From Naegleria gruberi (taxonomy: Eukaryota): a stretch of 64,000 nucleotides of DNA. This document shows, piece after piece, positions 46,641 to 58,386 of this stretch (its first letter is position 1; each line of letters opens with the position of its first letter). The stretch lies in NCBI GenBank assembly GCA_000004985.1, contig GG738898.1, one strand, 5' to 3'. The notes beneath the pieces were generated by a model that had not been told where the DNA came from, did not search any database, and saw only the letters and a program-made list of their open reading frames with translations. A program made the position numbers and the translations under genes.

Positions 46641-48012
46641 TTACTTTTTCTTCTTCTTTTTGGTTGATTTGGAAGAAGATGAGGAGGTGGTCTTTGCCAT
46701 TGCATTATATTGAACTCTTGCATATTGCATTAGATCGTGTTGGAATCGTGAGAATTCCTTTGGTCCAATATCTAATTCTTCAATCAGAGATTCTTTGGAA
46801 AAGTCCTTTTCTCTTTGAAGAAGTTTCTTGATTGCAATATTGACCAATTCTTTTTGTTTGTCTCCAAATACAGACCAGTGAACCTCTGTTTGGCAGTTAT
46901 TGAACTATGTAAATAGTTATAATTGATTACTAACCTTCAATATCTTTTGGTTTGATTTTGTACAATCTTCTATTGGTGACACCTGGCCAATTTTCCTTAC
47001 TTTCAATAGAAGGATGAATTGAAGACGGTTTGCAACAAATGTATAAAACAGCTCCTTCAGTGATAAAGTGATTATACTCATATCTTACTTCCAGATTGTT
47101 CATCTTTCTATATTCCTCATTCTTAATAAAGTCGGCTACTTGTCTTGATTTACAAATTTCTGTCATCTTTTCAAATCCATTGAATTCATATTGTTGATTG
47201 GATTCAGTATTCATGACTGGTTCAATAAATCCTCCATTTAAATGTTGCATGAATAGTGGTTTGAGATCAATATCAAAATCATACAGGACCAGATGAGGTT
47301 CTTTCTTTCCGCACAATTCACACGATAGAGATTGAATTTCAGGTCTAGTAATAAATTCTTTCAAAATGGCAGGTGGATTCTTTACATCAATTGACTTTCT
47401 GTCACTACTCGATCCATACAATGCCTCTAAGGTCAATGCATAAAAATCACCATATTGAGTATCAGTTAAAGTAGGACTTCCCTTTGTTTTGGCAGAGACA
47501 AATAAATTTCCATTCTTATCATAATATTTAAAGAATAATACATTTGTTCCATTCCACCTATTTTACAATTAATTGAATAATTTAAATTCTTCTTTGAAAA
47601 TTAATCTGTATACCTACTTGTTCGAAAGTACGAAATTTGTCACTTTATCATCAGTTTTAAAACTCTCCTTGTACTTTAATCCAGACAATTGCAATTCTTC
47701 TCCTCCTTCATTATCAGCACTATTTTCTTCCTTCTCTCCATCATGAACATCCTCATCATCATCTCTCTTCTTCTTCTTCTTATCGGAATATGGGTACAAC
47801 AACTTGGGAACACCATAAATCTTTTGTAATTTATCCAATTTTTGATTATTTACATGAGTGATCACAAGAGATCCTCCGAATGGACCATCCTTCTTACAAA
47901 TAAATCCAGAAATTTGTTGTTTCGGATTCAGTGGATCTGTGATATCAAAGGCTTTGATCTGTTTGTTGGACGTATCGAAAAAATCACAAGCTTCCTTCTT
48001 GTAGTTTGTCAT
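46641..48012 (-). CDS. Rnl2-family ATP-dependent RNA ligase, paralog B (3 exons)
   Basis: Exon 1 48012..47618 (MTNYKKEACDFF…VLSN-K). 60-nt intron GTAGGT…AAATAG at 47558..47617. Exon 2 47557..46935, beginning WNGTNVLFFKYYDKNGNLFVSAKTKGSPTLTDTQYGDF (motif I KWNGTN spans the junction). 49-nt intron GTTAGT…AACAG at 46886..46934. Exon 3 46885..46641 (EVHWSVFGDK…LIEELDIGPKEFSRFQHDLMQYAR… then a Ser-rich/poly-Lys tail). It is colinear with paralog A (…CGKKEPHLVLYDFDIDLKPLF…, …YEYNHFITEGAVLYI…, …LYKIKPKD…). TAA stop. Confidence 0.65.
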
Positions 48013-48223
48013 TATTTTTTTTTGTTGGAACTGTTTTCGAAATGGCAACATTCTGAAATTGTAAAGTATTAAATGTGGATTCAATTTGGCGATTGAATTA
48101 TTCTAAAGATTAAAGTGGAAATTGATGTGCAGAAAATGACTGGATGATAGTCGTCTTTAATATCAAAAATCCATTAACCTTAATCACAGATTGACTGTTT
48201 ATCATTAGTATTTTTGGTACTTG

Positions 48224-48327
48224 ATGGCTACGGCCATATCACGATGAATGCACCTCATCCCGTCCGATTTGAGAAGTTAAGCATCGTCGAGCCACATCAG
48301 TACTGAGGTGGAGACAACTTGGGAACC
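48224..48327 (+). rRNA. 5S: 5S rRNA, 3' end cut by a 50-nt assembly gap
   Basis: …GGCTACGGCCATATCACGATGAATGCACCTCATCCCGTCCGATTTGAGAAGTTAAGCATCGTCGAGCCACATCAGTACTGAGGTGGAGACAACTTGGGAACC. It matches the universal 5S boxes (ACGGCCATA…GAA…CCCGTCCGAT…AAGTTAAGC…AGTACT…GGGAAC). It runs into N gap 48328..48377. Confidence 0.8.
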
Positions 48328-48427
48328 NNNNNNNNNNNNNNNNNNNNNNNNNNNNNNNNNNNNNNNNNNNNNNNNNNGCAGCAGATTGGCTGTTTATTGT
48401 TAGTAATTTATGATATCATTAGAATCG

Positions 48428-48512
48428 TTAGATAACGTTTGAGAAGTTAAGCATCGTCGAACCACATCAGTACTGAGGTTGGATACAACTTGGGAACCTG
48501 TGGTGCTGTAGT
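48428..48512 (+). rRNA. 5'-truncated 5S rRNA copy (probable pseudogene) with intact 3' end and T-run
   Basis: TTAGATAACGTTTGAGAAGTTAAGCATCGTCGAACCACATCAGTACTGAGGTTGGATACAACTTGGGAACCTGTGGTGCTGTAGTA, then TTTTT. The 3' two-thirds are about 90% identical to copy 1. The 5' about 40 nt are replaced by unrelated sequence. A further degenerate 5S 5' fragment (GTGGCCATACTATTGAATGC) follows at about 48548. Confidence 0.5.
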
Positions 48513-48755
48513 ATTTTTGCAGATTTCATTGCACCAGATTTGTGTGGCCATACTATTGAATGCTGTTCAAATTCAACCTCACAAATGAAACTTGATAAAA
48601 CCATTGACTGTACTTTTACAGGATCCACTTCAAAAAAACATTATATTTTCTTAACAAGATTCTTGTATTATTTATTTATTTTGTTATCGGACAGTTTATT
48701 TCAAGTTGACAACTTGGAAAAGTGACAAGTTAATTTAAAAAAAAATCTTTGCAAG

Positions 48756-51531
48756 ATGTTAAATTCTTTCCACAAGAGAGAAAGAGAATATTCTGATGAA
48801 GAGGATACAACAGTAGAAGGAAACAAGGATGACCAAGCTGATGAACCTACCAGTGGCCCAACTCACTTTTTTATGCCAGAAACCTATGAACAAGCTATTC
48901 CGAAAAAGAAAAAGCTAATGGACTATGTTAATATTGATATTGAAAACAAAGTACAATTGCCTGAAGCAGAGAGTAGGAATGCAATTGAACACTACCTCAC
49001 AACAAATGTTGGAGCATCTTACTGTAAAAAGATTGGTGAGGGAGGAGGTGGAGATGTTTATCTTGTAAAGAAGGGAAACACCATGAAAGCAGTGAAACAC
49101 ATTCGCAGTTTTAGTAATGAATATAGTAGATTTGATGAGGTATTTCAAATTGCAAAGTTAAAGCACGACCACATTATTGAAATTGATGATTATTATTTGA
49201 TTAATAATGAATTTTGCTTCGAGATGGACTATTATGAAAAGGGCTCATTGGAAACATATAAGAATAAGTTGACAGTGGGTCAACTATTTCAAATAGCATG
49301 TCAAATTTCAAGTGCTATTAAATATATTTCAGAACAGGAACTATGTCATCGAGACGTCAAAATTGCTAACATACTCGTGAAGGAAATTACTGATTCTAAT
49401 ATTTATGTAGTATTGACAGACTTTGGAGTATCTTTTAAGAAAAACTCATACAAGCCCTACCAATTCAAAACTGGAACTGAGCAATATTACGATCCAGAAA
49501 TTGAAAAATACTTTAACACCGAAAAAAGAGGTTTACTAGAGTTTCCTTTCAAAACTGAAACTGATTTGTACGCCCTAGGTGTAACACTTGAACGATTATC
49601 CAACAAAACCACTATCAATAGTACTCCTCTTTTGAAAGAAATTATTACTAGTCTTACAAATTCAACTCTCCCAACAAGAATGAAAATGATGAATGTATTG
49701 GCTGATATTTCACTTGCAACTACCATAGCATTTAAAGATCCAAAAAACAGAACGCAGTGGGATAAGTACTTGCATGCTTGTGTTATGAACCCAAATTGTT
49801 TCATATTTTGCCCTTACAACAAAAATAAGCGATTTATTTACAAAGTATTGGATATCAATCACCATATTTTCGAAATGGTTCCTGACGATTTGTTGGATGA
49901 AAATATAGTTATAAAGTCAATAAGAGATGTCAGATCAGTATTAATATTTCAAAACAGAAATAAGGCTTGCATAGATAAGTTCAAGTCTTTAATTTCACAC
50001 CTCATAGACGTTCATGTACTTAGAAATGTACAATATAATACAGGAGAGAGAATCCAGACAGAGATGGAAAAGTTAAGTGAGAGTCAGTTGGAAATATTGG
50101 TATATTATAACTCTCGTTTTTTTAAATATTTTCCGATCAAGTACACATTGAATCGAAATATTGTATTTTCATTCATCAAAAAAGTGGAAGAATGTTTCCA
50201 GCATTGTAGTTACCGAGACGATGAAGAAATAATTCAATATGTACTAGAGAAAAATCCAAAGTTTATCACTTTCATCAGTTTTGAGTTAAGATTTAAATAT
50301 GAACAACAATATGCAAAGGAAATTTTGGAAGTGGATCCGTCTTTTTATTCATCCTTAAGTGAAATTAGTTTAAAAGATAGATTATTTGCCAAACTTGCAA
50401 TGAAAGGCTGCAAGTCACAACGTGATTTTGATTCAAATTTTGATTGTCTACCTGAAGATCTTAAAACTCAAGATTTTTTTATAGAGATAATTACAGAAAA
50501 TTCCAAGACTTTCCATAATTTGAAGAACCATTTGGATCATGACTCATTGGTACAGGTAATAACACCTAGTTTATATTTTACTTTGGAAGATAGAAGAAAA
50601 ATGGATCGAGATATTCTCAGAAAAATATTATCAGAGAAGTTTTCAAGTGAAGAAATAGAAAAAATATTGAATTGTTTGAGTGAAAATTATTATCACTCAC
50701 ATTTCAAACAGGAATTGTTTGAAAATATTTCAAAAGAAAGCGTGTTAGATTTAATATTGTTGGGTGTACCACTGCCTGAGTGTGTCTACTATCAACAGAC
50801 GCAGATTTCATATTGGAAATTATTACTCGTACCAAAAAAGGGTATTTTACATCAAGTTTTTTGAAAGATTCTACAATTAATATTTCCACATTGGTTTGGA
50901 TTTTATTAAGAAATTGTGCCTTGATAAACAGGGTTTCTCTCACTTGATTCATGCCATTGAAGTTAAAGAACAAGGAAATGAATTGATGCAAAAATGTTCA
51001 GATGACATTGAATTGGTAAATCAAATAATTGAAATATCTCCTGATCTATATGAAAATCTATCATGCAATAATTTAAAAAATAATGAAATAATAATTGAAA
51101 CTTATCTGAATCATACCTACTATCCTCGATTATCCAAAGATTTAAAACTTGATGATGAATTCCAAGCAAAGCATTTAAAAAAATTAATTGATTCAGGATA
51201 CATTACAAAACCAAATAGAGAATTAGTAAGGAGTGGAATATTTAAATCAAAGGATATAGGTTTATTGCTTTATTTGGAATCCAAGGATTTAGACGACAAA
51301 GAATTTATGCTTCCAATATTAGAGAAATTTCCTCGTGCTTATTTGAGCTGTAGATCCTTATTAATAGACAAGGAAATAATCAAGATGGTCATTCGTAAAA
51401 ATGATGAAATTTATGAAGATCTCGATACTACTTTTCAAAAAGATGAGGAAATATTATCTGTCCTTAATGAACCAAAAAGTTCCATCGATTCAATAATGGC
51501 AGAAGTTAATGATAATACTTCTGAGAAATAA
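48756..51531 (+). CDS. Protein kinase domain fused to a long array of DUF4116-like alpha-helical repeats; interrupted around 50862-50895
   Basis: The N-terminal kinase is …IGEGGGGDVYLVKK…AVKHI…CHRDVKIANILV…LTDFGVS…. The remainder (track ORF 48756..50864 plus 50896..51531, both repeat-rich) has recurring about 35-aa units such as DEEIIQYVLEKNPKFITFIS, QDFFIEIITENSKTF and KEFMLPILEKFPRAYLS. The first ORF ends at a TGA. The second continues in the +1 frame after an in-frame TAA. No GT-AG intron reconciles the frames. A single gene with an indel is likely; two genes are possible. Confidence 0.5.
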
Positions 51532-51829
51532 CTTGATAAATGTATCTGCTTGGTACTTTCAATCTTCGTTTCCCTCTTGTCCATTTCACTTCTGTATGTT
51601 GCTTGTTACTTTTTGAAAAAGACAAATGAAAATGACAGGTAAAGATGTTAAGTGGAATGTAAAAGAATAAGAGTTGATGAAGGAACTTGTTAAAATCAAA
51701 AAGAATCACCCACCAATCACTAAATCATAGCCTTCACACTGTAGGATGGTCAGATTGCAGAGCTGCATGAGCTAACAGTGAGTGAAATCTGGGATTAAAA
51801 TATTAATACTCATCTATAAAATCCTCTTC

Positions 51830-52455
51830 TTCATCTTCCTCTTGGATGAGATCGAAAGAATTGGTATCAAGGGATGGGAAAGATTCATCATCTTCCTCTT
51901 CTTCCTACTGTGCCCAAAATCAGCCAATTTGATAGTTCCACTCTTGGTTTCTATTAAAATATTACCTCCCTTGATGTCTCTGTGGATAATATTCTTATCA
52001 TGTATTTCAAACCAAACAGTGTTTGTCTTGTATATTGTCTTACTACACTTTCATCAAGTTTGCCAACATTTTTGAGAACGACTTCCACCATCTATCAACT
52101 GTGATTCGATCCTAAATAGTAGTAAGCAAATATGTAGATTACTGAGATAAACTGGGTAGTTTCCATCATGTTATTACAACGACAATTTTTGAATTTTTCT
52201 ACAATATTTCAATGAAAGATTCCTCACCATTGAATAGTTCATGCACAGCTCCTTAACTGCTGATGAATGATGATAATTCAGAGCTTTCAGTAATAATTTC
52301 GTTATGACCTCTTCTCCAAATAATCACATCTACAATTCATCAAGTGGTAAATCATCTACTAACTTGCTGTATTCTTGAATAATTCTAGTGTAATAAGTTG
52401 TTTCCACATCGAACTCAGCCAAGGAATCCAAAAACTTCTTATCATGTTCACTAAA
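51830..52455 (-). CDS. Partial STE/MAP3K-like Ser/Thr kinase (catalytic subdomains V–VII only); 5' part lost in the 4.2 kb gap
   Basis: The minus strand reads …[16 protein letters not shown], then after an interruption [59 protein letters not shown]. An in-frame TAA and at least one intron or frame change are unresolved. The sequence after DFG does not continue as kinase subdomain VIII in any single frame. Confidence 0.35.
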
Positions 52456-55400
52456 NNNNNNNNNNNNNNNNNNNNNNNNNNNNNNNNNNNNNNNNNNNNN
52501 NNNNNNNNNNNNNNNNNNNNNNNNNNNNNNNNNNNNNNNNNNNNNNNNNNNNNNNNNNNNNNNNNNNNNNNNNNNNNNNNNNNNNNNNNNNNNNNNNNNN
52601 NNNNNNNNNNNNNNNNNNNNNNNNNNNNNNNNNNNNNNNNNNNNNNNNNNNNNNNNNNNNNNNNNNNNNNNNNNNNNNNNNNNNNNNNNNNNNNNNNNNN
52701 NNNNNNNNNNNNNNNNNNNNNNNNNNNNNNNNNNNNNNNNNNNNNNNNNNNNNNNNNNNNNNNNNNNNNNNNNNNNNNNNNNNNNNNNNNNNNNNNNNNN
52801 NNNNNNNNNNNNNNNNNNNNNNNNNNNNNNNNNNNNNNNNNNNNNNNNNNNNNNNNNNNNNNNNNNNNNNNNNNNNNNNNNNNNNNNNNNNNNNNNNNNN
52901 NNNNNNNNNNNNNNNNNNNNNNNNNNNNNNNNNNNNNNNNNNNNNNNNNNNNNNNNNNNNNNNNNNNNNNNNNNNNNNNNNNNNNNNNNNNNNNNNNNNN
53001 NNNNNNNNNNNNNNNNNNNNNNNNNNNNNNNNNNNNNNNNNNNNNNNNNNNNNNNNNNNNNNNNNNNNNNNNNNNNNNNNNNNNNNNNNNNNNNNNNNNN
53101 NNNNNNNNNNNNNNNNNNNNNNNNNNNNNNNNNNNNNNNNNNNNNNNNNNNNNNNNNNNNNNNNNNNNNNNNNNNNNNNNNNNNNNNNNNNNNNNNNNNN
53201 NNNNNNNNNNNNNNNNNNNNNNNNNNNNNNNNNNNNNNNNNNNNNNNNNNNNNNNNNNNNNNNNNNNNNNNNNNNNNNNNNNNNNNNNNNNNNNNNNNNN
53301 NNNNNNNNNNNNNNNNNNNNNNNNNNNNNNNNNNNNNNNNNNNNNNNNNNNNNNNNNNNNNNNNNNNNNNNNNNNNNNNNNNNNNNNNNNNNNNNNNNNN
53401 NNNNNNNNNNNNNNNNNNNNNNNNNNNNNNNNNNNNNNNNNNNNNNNNNNNNNNNNNNNNNNNNNNNNNNNNNNNNNNNNNNNNNNNNNNNNNNNNNNNN
53501 NNNNNNNNNNNNNNNNNNNNNNNNNNNNNNNNNNNNNNNNNNNNNNNNNNNNNNNNNNNNNNNNNNNNNNNNNNNNNNNNNNNNNNNNNNNNNNNNNNNN
53601 NNNNNNNNNNNNNNNNNNNNNNNNNNNNNNNNNNNNNNNNNNNNNNNNNNNNNNNNNNNNNNNNNNNNNNNNNNNNNNNNNNNNNNNNNNNNNNNNNNNN
53701 NNNNNNNNNNNNNNNNNNNNNNNNNNNNNNNNNNNNNNNNNNNNNNNNNNNNNNNNNNNNNNNNNNNNNNNNNNNNNNNNNNNNNNNNNNNNNNNNNNNN
53801 NNNNNNNNNNNNNNNNNNNNNNNNNNNNNNNNNNNNNNNNNNNNNNNNNNNNNNNNNNNNNNNNNNNNNNNNNNNNNNNNNNNNNNNNNNNNNNNNNNNN
53901 NNNNNNNNNNNNNNNNNNNNNNNNNNNNNNNNNNNNNNNNNNNNNNNNNNNNNNNNNNNNNNNNNNNNNNNNNNNNNNNNNNNNNNNNNNNNNNNNNNNN
54001 NNNNNNNNNNNNNNNNNNNNNNNNNNNNNNNNNNNNNNNNNNNNNNNNNNNNNNNNNNNNNNNNNNNNNNNNNNNNNNNNNNNNNNNNNNNNNNNNNNNN
54101 NNNNNNNNNNNNNNNNNNNNNNNNNNNNNNNNNNNNNNNNNNNNNNNNNNNNNNNNNNNNNNNNNNNNNNNNNNNNNNNNNNNNNNNNNNNNNNNNNNNN
54201 NNNNNNNNNNNNNNNNNNNNNNNNNNNNNNNNNNNNNNNNNNNNNNNNNNNNNNNNNNNNNNNNNNNNNNNNNNNNNNNNNNNNNNNNNNNNNNNNNNNN
54301 NNNNNNNNNNNNNNNNNNNNNNNNNNNNNNNNNNNNNNNNNNNNNNNNNNNNNNNNNNNNNNNNNNNNNNNNNNNNNNNNNNNNNNNNNNNNNNNNNNNN
54401 NNNNNNNNNNNNNNNNNNNNNNNNNNNNNNNNNNNNNNNNNNNNNNNNNNNNNNNNNNNNNNNNNNNNNNNNNNNNNNNNNNNNNNNNNNNNNNNNNNNN
54501 NNNNNNNNNNNNNNNNNNNNNNNNNNNNNNNNNNNNNNNNNNNNNNNNNNNNNNNNNNNNNNNNNNNNNNNNNNNNNNNNNNNNNNNNNNNNNNNNNNNN
54601 NNNNNNNNNNNNNNNNNNNNNNNNNNNNNNNNNNNNNNNNNNNNNNNNNNNNNNNNNNNNNNNNNNNNNNNNNNNNNNNNNNNNNNNNNNNNNNNNNNNN
54701 NNNNNNNNNNNNNNNNNNNNNNNNNNNNNNNNNNNNNNNNNNNNNNNNNNNNNNNNNNNNNNNNNNNNNNNNNNNNNNNNNNNNNNNNNNNNNNNNNNNN
54801 NNNNNNNNNNNNNNNNNNNNNNNNNNNNNNNNNNNNNNNNNNNNNNNNNNNNNNNNNNNNNNNNNNNNNNNNNNNNNNNNNNNNNNNNNNNNNNNNNNNN
54901 NNNNNNNNNNNNNNNNNNNNNNNNNNNNNNNNNNNNNNNNNNNNNNNNNNNNNNNNNNNNNNNNNNNNNNNNNNNNNNNNNNNNNNNNNNNNNNNNNNNN
55001 NNNNNNNNNNNNNNNNNNNNNNNNNNNNNNNNNNNNNNNNNNNNNNNNNNNNNNNNNNNNNNNNNNNNNNNNNNNNNNNNNNNNNNNNNNNNNNNNNNNN
55101 NNNNNNNNNNNNNNNNNNNNNNNNNNNNNNNNNNNNNNNNNNNNNNNNNNNNNNNNNNNNNNNNNNNNNNNNNNNNNNNNNNNNNNNNNNNNNNNNNNNN
55201 NNNNNNNNNNNNNNNNNNNNNNNNNNNNNNNNNNNNNNNNNNNNNNNNNNNNNNNNNNNNNNNNNNNNNNNNNNNNNNNNNNNNNNNNNNNNNNNNNNNN
55301 NNNNNNNNNNNNNNNNNNNNNNNNNNNNNNNNNNNNNNNNNNNNNNNNNNNNNNNNNNNNNNNNNNNNNNNNNNNNNNNNNNNNNNNNNNNNNNNNNNNN

Positions 55401-56688
55401 NNNNNNNNNNNNNNNNNNNNNNNNNNNNNNNNNNNNNNNNNNNNNNNNNNNNNNNNNNNNNNNNNNNNNNNNNNNNNNNNNNNNNNNNNNNNNNNNNNNN
55501 NNNNNNNNNNNNNNNNNNNNNNNNNNNNNNNNNNNNNNNNNNNNNNNNNNNNNNNNNNNNNNNNNNNNNNNNNNNNNNNNNNNNNNNNNNNNNNNNNNNN
55601 NNNNNNNNNNNNNNNNNNNNNNNNNNNNNNNNNNNNNNNNNNNNNNNNNNNNNNNNNNNNNNNNNNNNNNNNNNNNNNNNNNNNNNNNNNNNNNNNNNNN
55701 NNNNNNNNNNNNNNNNNNNNNNNNNNNNNNNNNNNNNNNNNNNNNNNNNNNNNNNNNNNNNNNNNNNNNNNNNNNNNNNNNNNNNNNNNNNNNNNNNNNN
55801 NNNNNNNNNNNNNNNNNNNNNNNNNNNNNNNNNNNNNNNNNNNNNNNNNNNNNNNNNNNNNNNNNNNNNNNNNNNNNNNNNNNNNNNNNNNNNNNNNNNN
55901 NNNNNNNNNNNNNNNNNNNNNNNNNNNNNNNNNNNNNNNNNNNNNNNNNNNNNNNNNNNNNNNNNNNNNNNNNNNNNNNNNNNNNNNNNNNNNNNNNNNN
56001 NNNNNNNNNNNNNNNNNNNNNNNNNNNNNNNNNNNNNNNNNNNNNNNNNNNNNNNNNNNNNNNNNNNNNNNNNNNNNNNNNNNNNNNNNNNNNNNNNNNN
56101 NNNNNNNNNNNNNNNNNNNNNNNNNNNNNNNNNNNNNNNNNNNNNNNNNNNNNNNNNNNNNNNNNNNNNNNNNNNNNNNNNNNNNNNNNNNNNNNNNNNN
56201 NNNNNNNNNNNNNNNNNNNNNNNNNNNNNNNNNNNNNNNNNNNNNNNNNNNNNNNNNNNNNNNNNNNNNNNNNNNNNNNNNNNNNNNNNNNNNNNNNNNN
56301 NNNNNNNNNNNNNNNNNNNNNNNNNNNNNNNNNNNNNNNNNNNNNNNNNNNNNNNNNNNNNNNNNNNNNNNNNNNNNNNNNNNNNNNNNNNNNNNNNNNN
56401 NNNNNNNNNNNNNNNNNNNNNNNNNNNNNNNNNNNNNNNNNNNNNNNNNNNNNNNNNNNNNNNNNNNNNNNNNNNNNNNNNNNNNNNNNNNNNNNNNNNN
56501 NNNNNNNNNNNNNNNNNNNNNNNNNNNNNNNNNNNNNNNNNNNNNNNNNNNNNNNNNNNNNNNNNNNNNNNNNNNNNNNNNNNNNNNNNNNNNNNNNNNN
56601 NNNNNNNNNNNNNNNNNNNNNNNNNNNNNNNNNNNNNNNNNNNNNNNNNNNNNNNNNNNNNNNNNNNNNNNNNNNNNNNNNNNNNNNN
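52456..56688. other. Assembly gap (4233 N)
   Basis: A continuous run of n. The three giant track ORFs (52359..56747, 52375..56700, 52451..56734) are artefacts of translating N. Additional 50-nt gaps lie at 16608..16657, 21453..21502 and 48328..48377. There is one ambiguous base at 60277. Confidence 0.99.
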
Positions 56689-56999
56689 TGCAGACGATGA
56701 TAGTTACGAGAATTGTGAATGACAGCAGATTCAAATCGAGCCATCAAAACTTGAATTCTATTCTACAACCTCATTGGAAGAGTAATGACGAAGTGTTTTG
56801 GCTGAGACAAAACTTAAGACATCTCCATCGGATAGTCTATCGCCAACTTCATAGTTACGTCTAATCTCCTTGATAGTAGTTAGAACCCATGCCTTTTTAC
56901 CTCATGAAGTTTTAATCTGCTAAATTAACTTTTCAAATTCTTAGCTCAATGTTCATCACATGTCTTCCATCAACACACAATTATTTTACAATAAAAAAA

Positions 57000-58116
57000 A
57001 TGTCTGAAGAAGTAGCCCTCGTTATTGACAATGGTTCTGGAATGTGTAAAGCTGGTTTTTCTGGTGATGATGCTCCTCGTGTAGTGTTTCCTTCTATCAT
57101 CGGTCAACCAAAACACTTGTCAGAAATGTCCGAATTCTACGTTGGAGATGAAGCTCAATCAAAACGAGGTCTATTAAATTTGAGAAATCCAATCAATCAA
57201 GGAATTGTCAATAATTGGGATGATATGGAAAGGATTTGGTTTCATACTTTTTACAATGAATTGAGAGTTGCTCCTGAGGAATATCCAATATTGATGAGTG
57301 AAGTTTCGTTGAATCTCAAGACAAATAGAGAAATGATGTCACAAATCATGTTTGAAAAATTTTGTGTGCCAGCTCTGTATGTTGCTAATAGAGCTGTCTT
57401 GGCATTGTACGCTTCTGGAAAAAGTACTGGAATGATTGTGAATTCTGGAGATTCTGTCACTCATGCCGTTCCTATTTACGAAGGTCATGCTCTGCCATGC
57501 CATTTTGAAAATGGATTTAGGTGGTCGAGATTTAACAAATTATTTAATGAAAATGTTGACAGAAAGAGGATACACTTTCACTAACACTGCTGAAAGAGAA
57601 ATAGTTAGAGATCGTAAAGAAAAGCTCTGTTACCTTGCTCTAGATTTTCAAGAGGAAATGAATTCGGTTGTAAGAGAAGAACCAACCATTGATAGAAAAT
57701 TGTATGATATACCAGAGGGTAATGTTGTCACTCTTGGGAATGAAAGATTCAGATGTCCAGAGATTTTATTCCATCCAAATATGATTGATGTGGAATCTAA
57801 AGTTGGAATTCATGAAATGACTTTCAATTCAATTGGACAATGTGATCCTGATATAAGAAAGGAATTGTTTGGAAATATTTTCTTATCTGGTGGCAATACC
57901 ATGTTTGAGGGAATTACTGACAGAATGAGTAAGGAATTAACTGCTCTCGCTCCAGAATCCTTCAATATTAAGGTGACTGCTCCACCTGAGAGAAAATACT
58001 CAACTTGGATTGGTGGTTCAATGCTTGCACTCAGTTCCACTTTTAAAGATAATTGGATGACAAGGGAGGATTATGAAGAGGTTGGACCAGCCATCATACA
58101 CAGAAAGTGTTTTTAA
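57000..58116 (+). CDS. Divergent actin paralog (about 55-60% identity to conventional actin), interrupted by a 2-nt deletion near 57493-57500
   Basis: [35 protein letters not shown]…[48 protein letters not shown]…PIYEGHALP then frame change then [17 protein letters not shown]…[15 protein letters not shown]…[11 protein letters not shown]…[16 protein letters not shown]…[10 protein letters not shown]. It is colinear with actin throughout. Restoring ca in ctgcca(ca)tgcc gives …[11 protein letters not shown]…. TAA stop. Confidence 0.75.
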
Positions 58117-58386
58117 AATTTAAACACCAAGTTCCCAAAATGTTTTTCATTGGAGTTCATTTTATCTTTTGCCAGCTATTTATAAACATGATGACGAAAT
58201 TTTCGTCATCATTACAAAAAGAATGATGTCAGCGACTCCGAAATTAAATTGCTGATGAAGAAGACACTGAGGGTTTTCATTCAAATAATGCCCATTCATG
58301 AATGATATTCTTGAAAAAAACAAGACAATTTAATTTGCAAACAAGCAATTCAACTAACAACTAACAACAACAATAACTCAACAAAA

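Noticed and set aside
51782-52075. 97-aa hydrophobic plus-strand ORF 51782-52075
   Set aside because: It is antisense to the partial MAP3K-like kinase and acidic tail read on the minus strand. It is low-complexity Leu/Ile/Phe from AT-rich antisense, and spurious.
52359-56747. Three >1400-aa ORFs in the six-frame track spanning 52359-56747
   Set aside because: They consist almost entirely of X from the 4233-N assembly gap. They are not real coding sequence.
56696-56900. Short minus-strand ORF just right of the big gap (…AWVLTTIKEIRRNYEVGDRLSDGDVLSFVSAKTLRHYSSNEVVE*)
   Set aside because: It may be the 3' end of a gene whose body lies in the gap. It has no recognisable domain and no defined start. 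It was not called.
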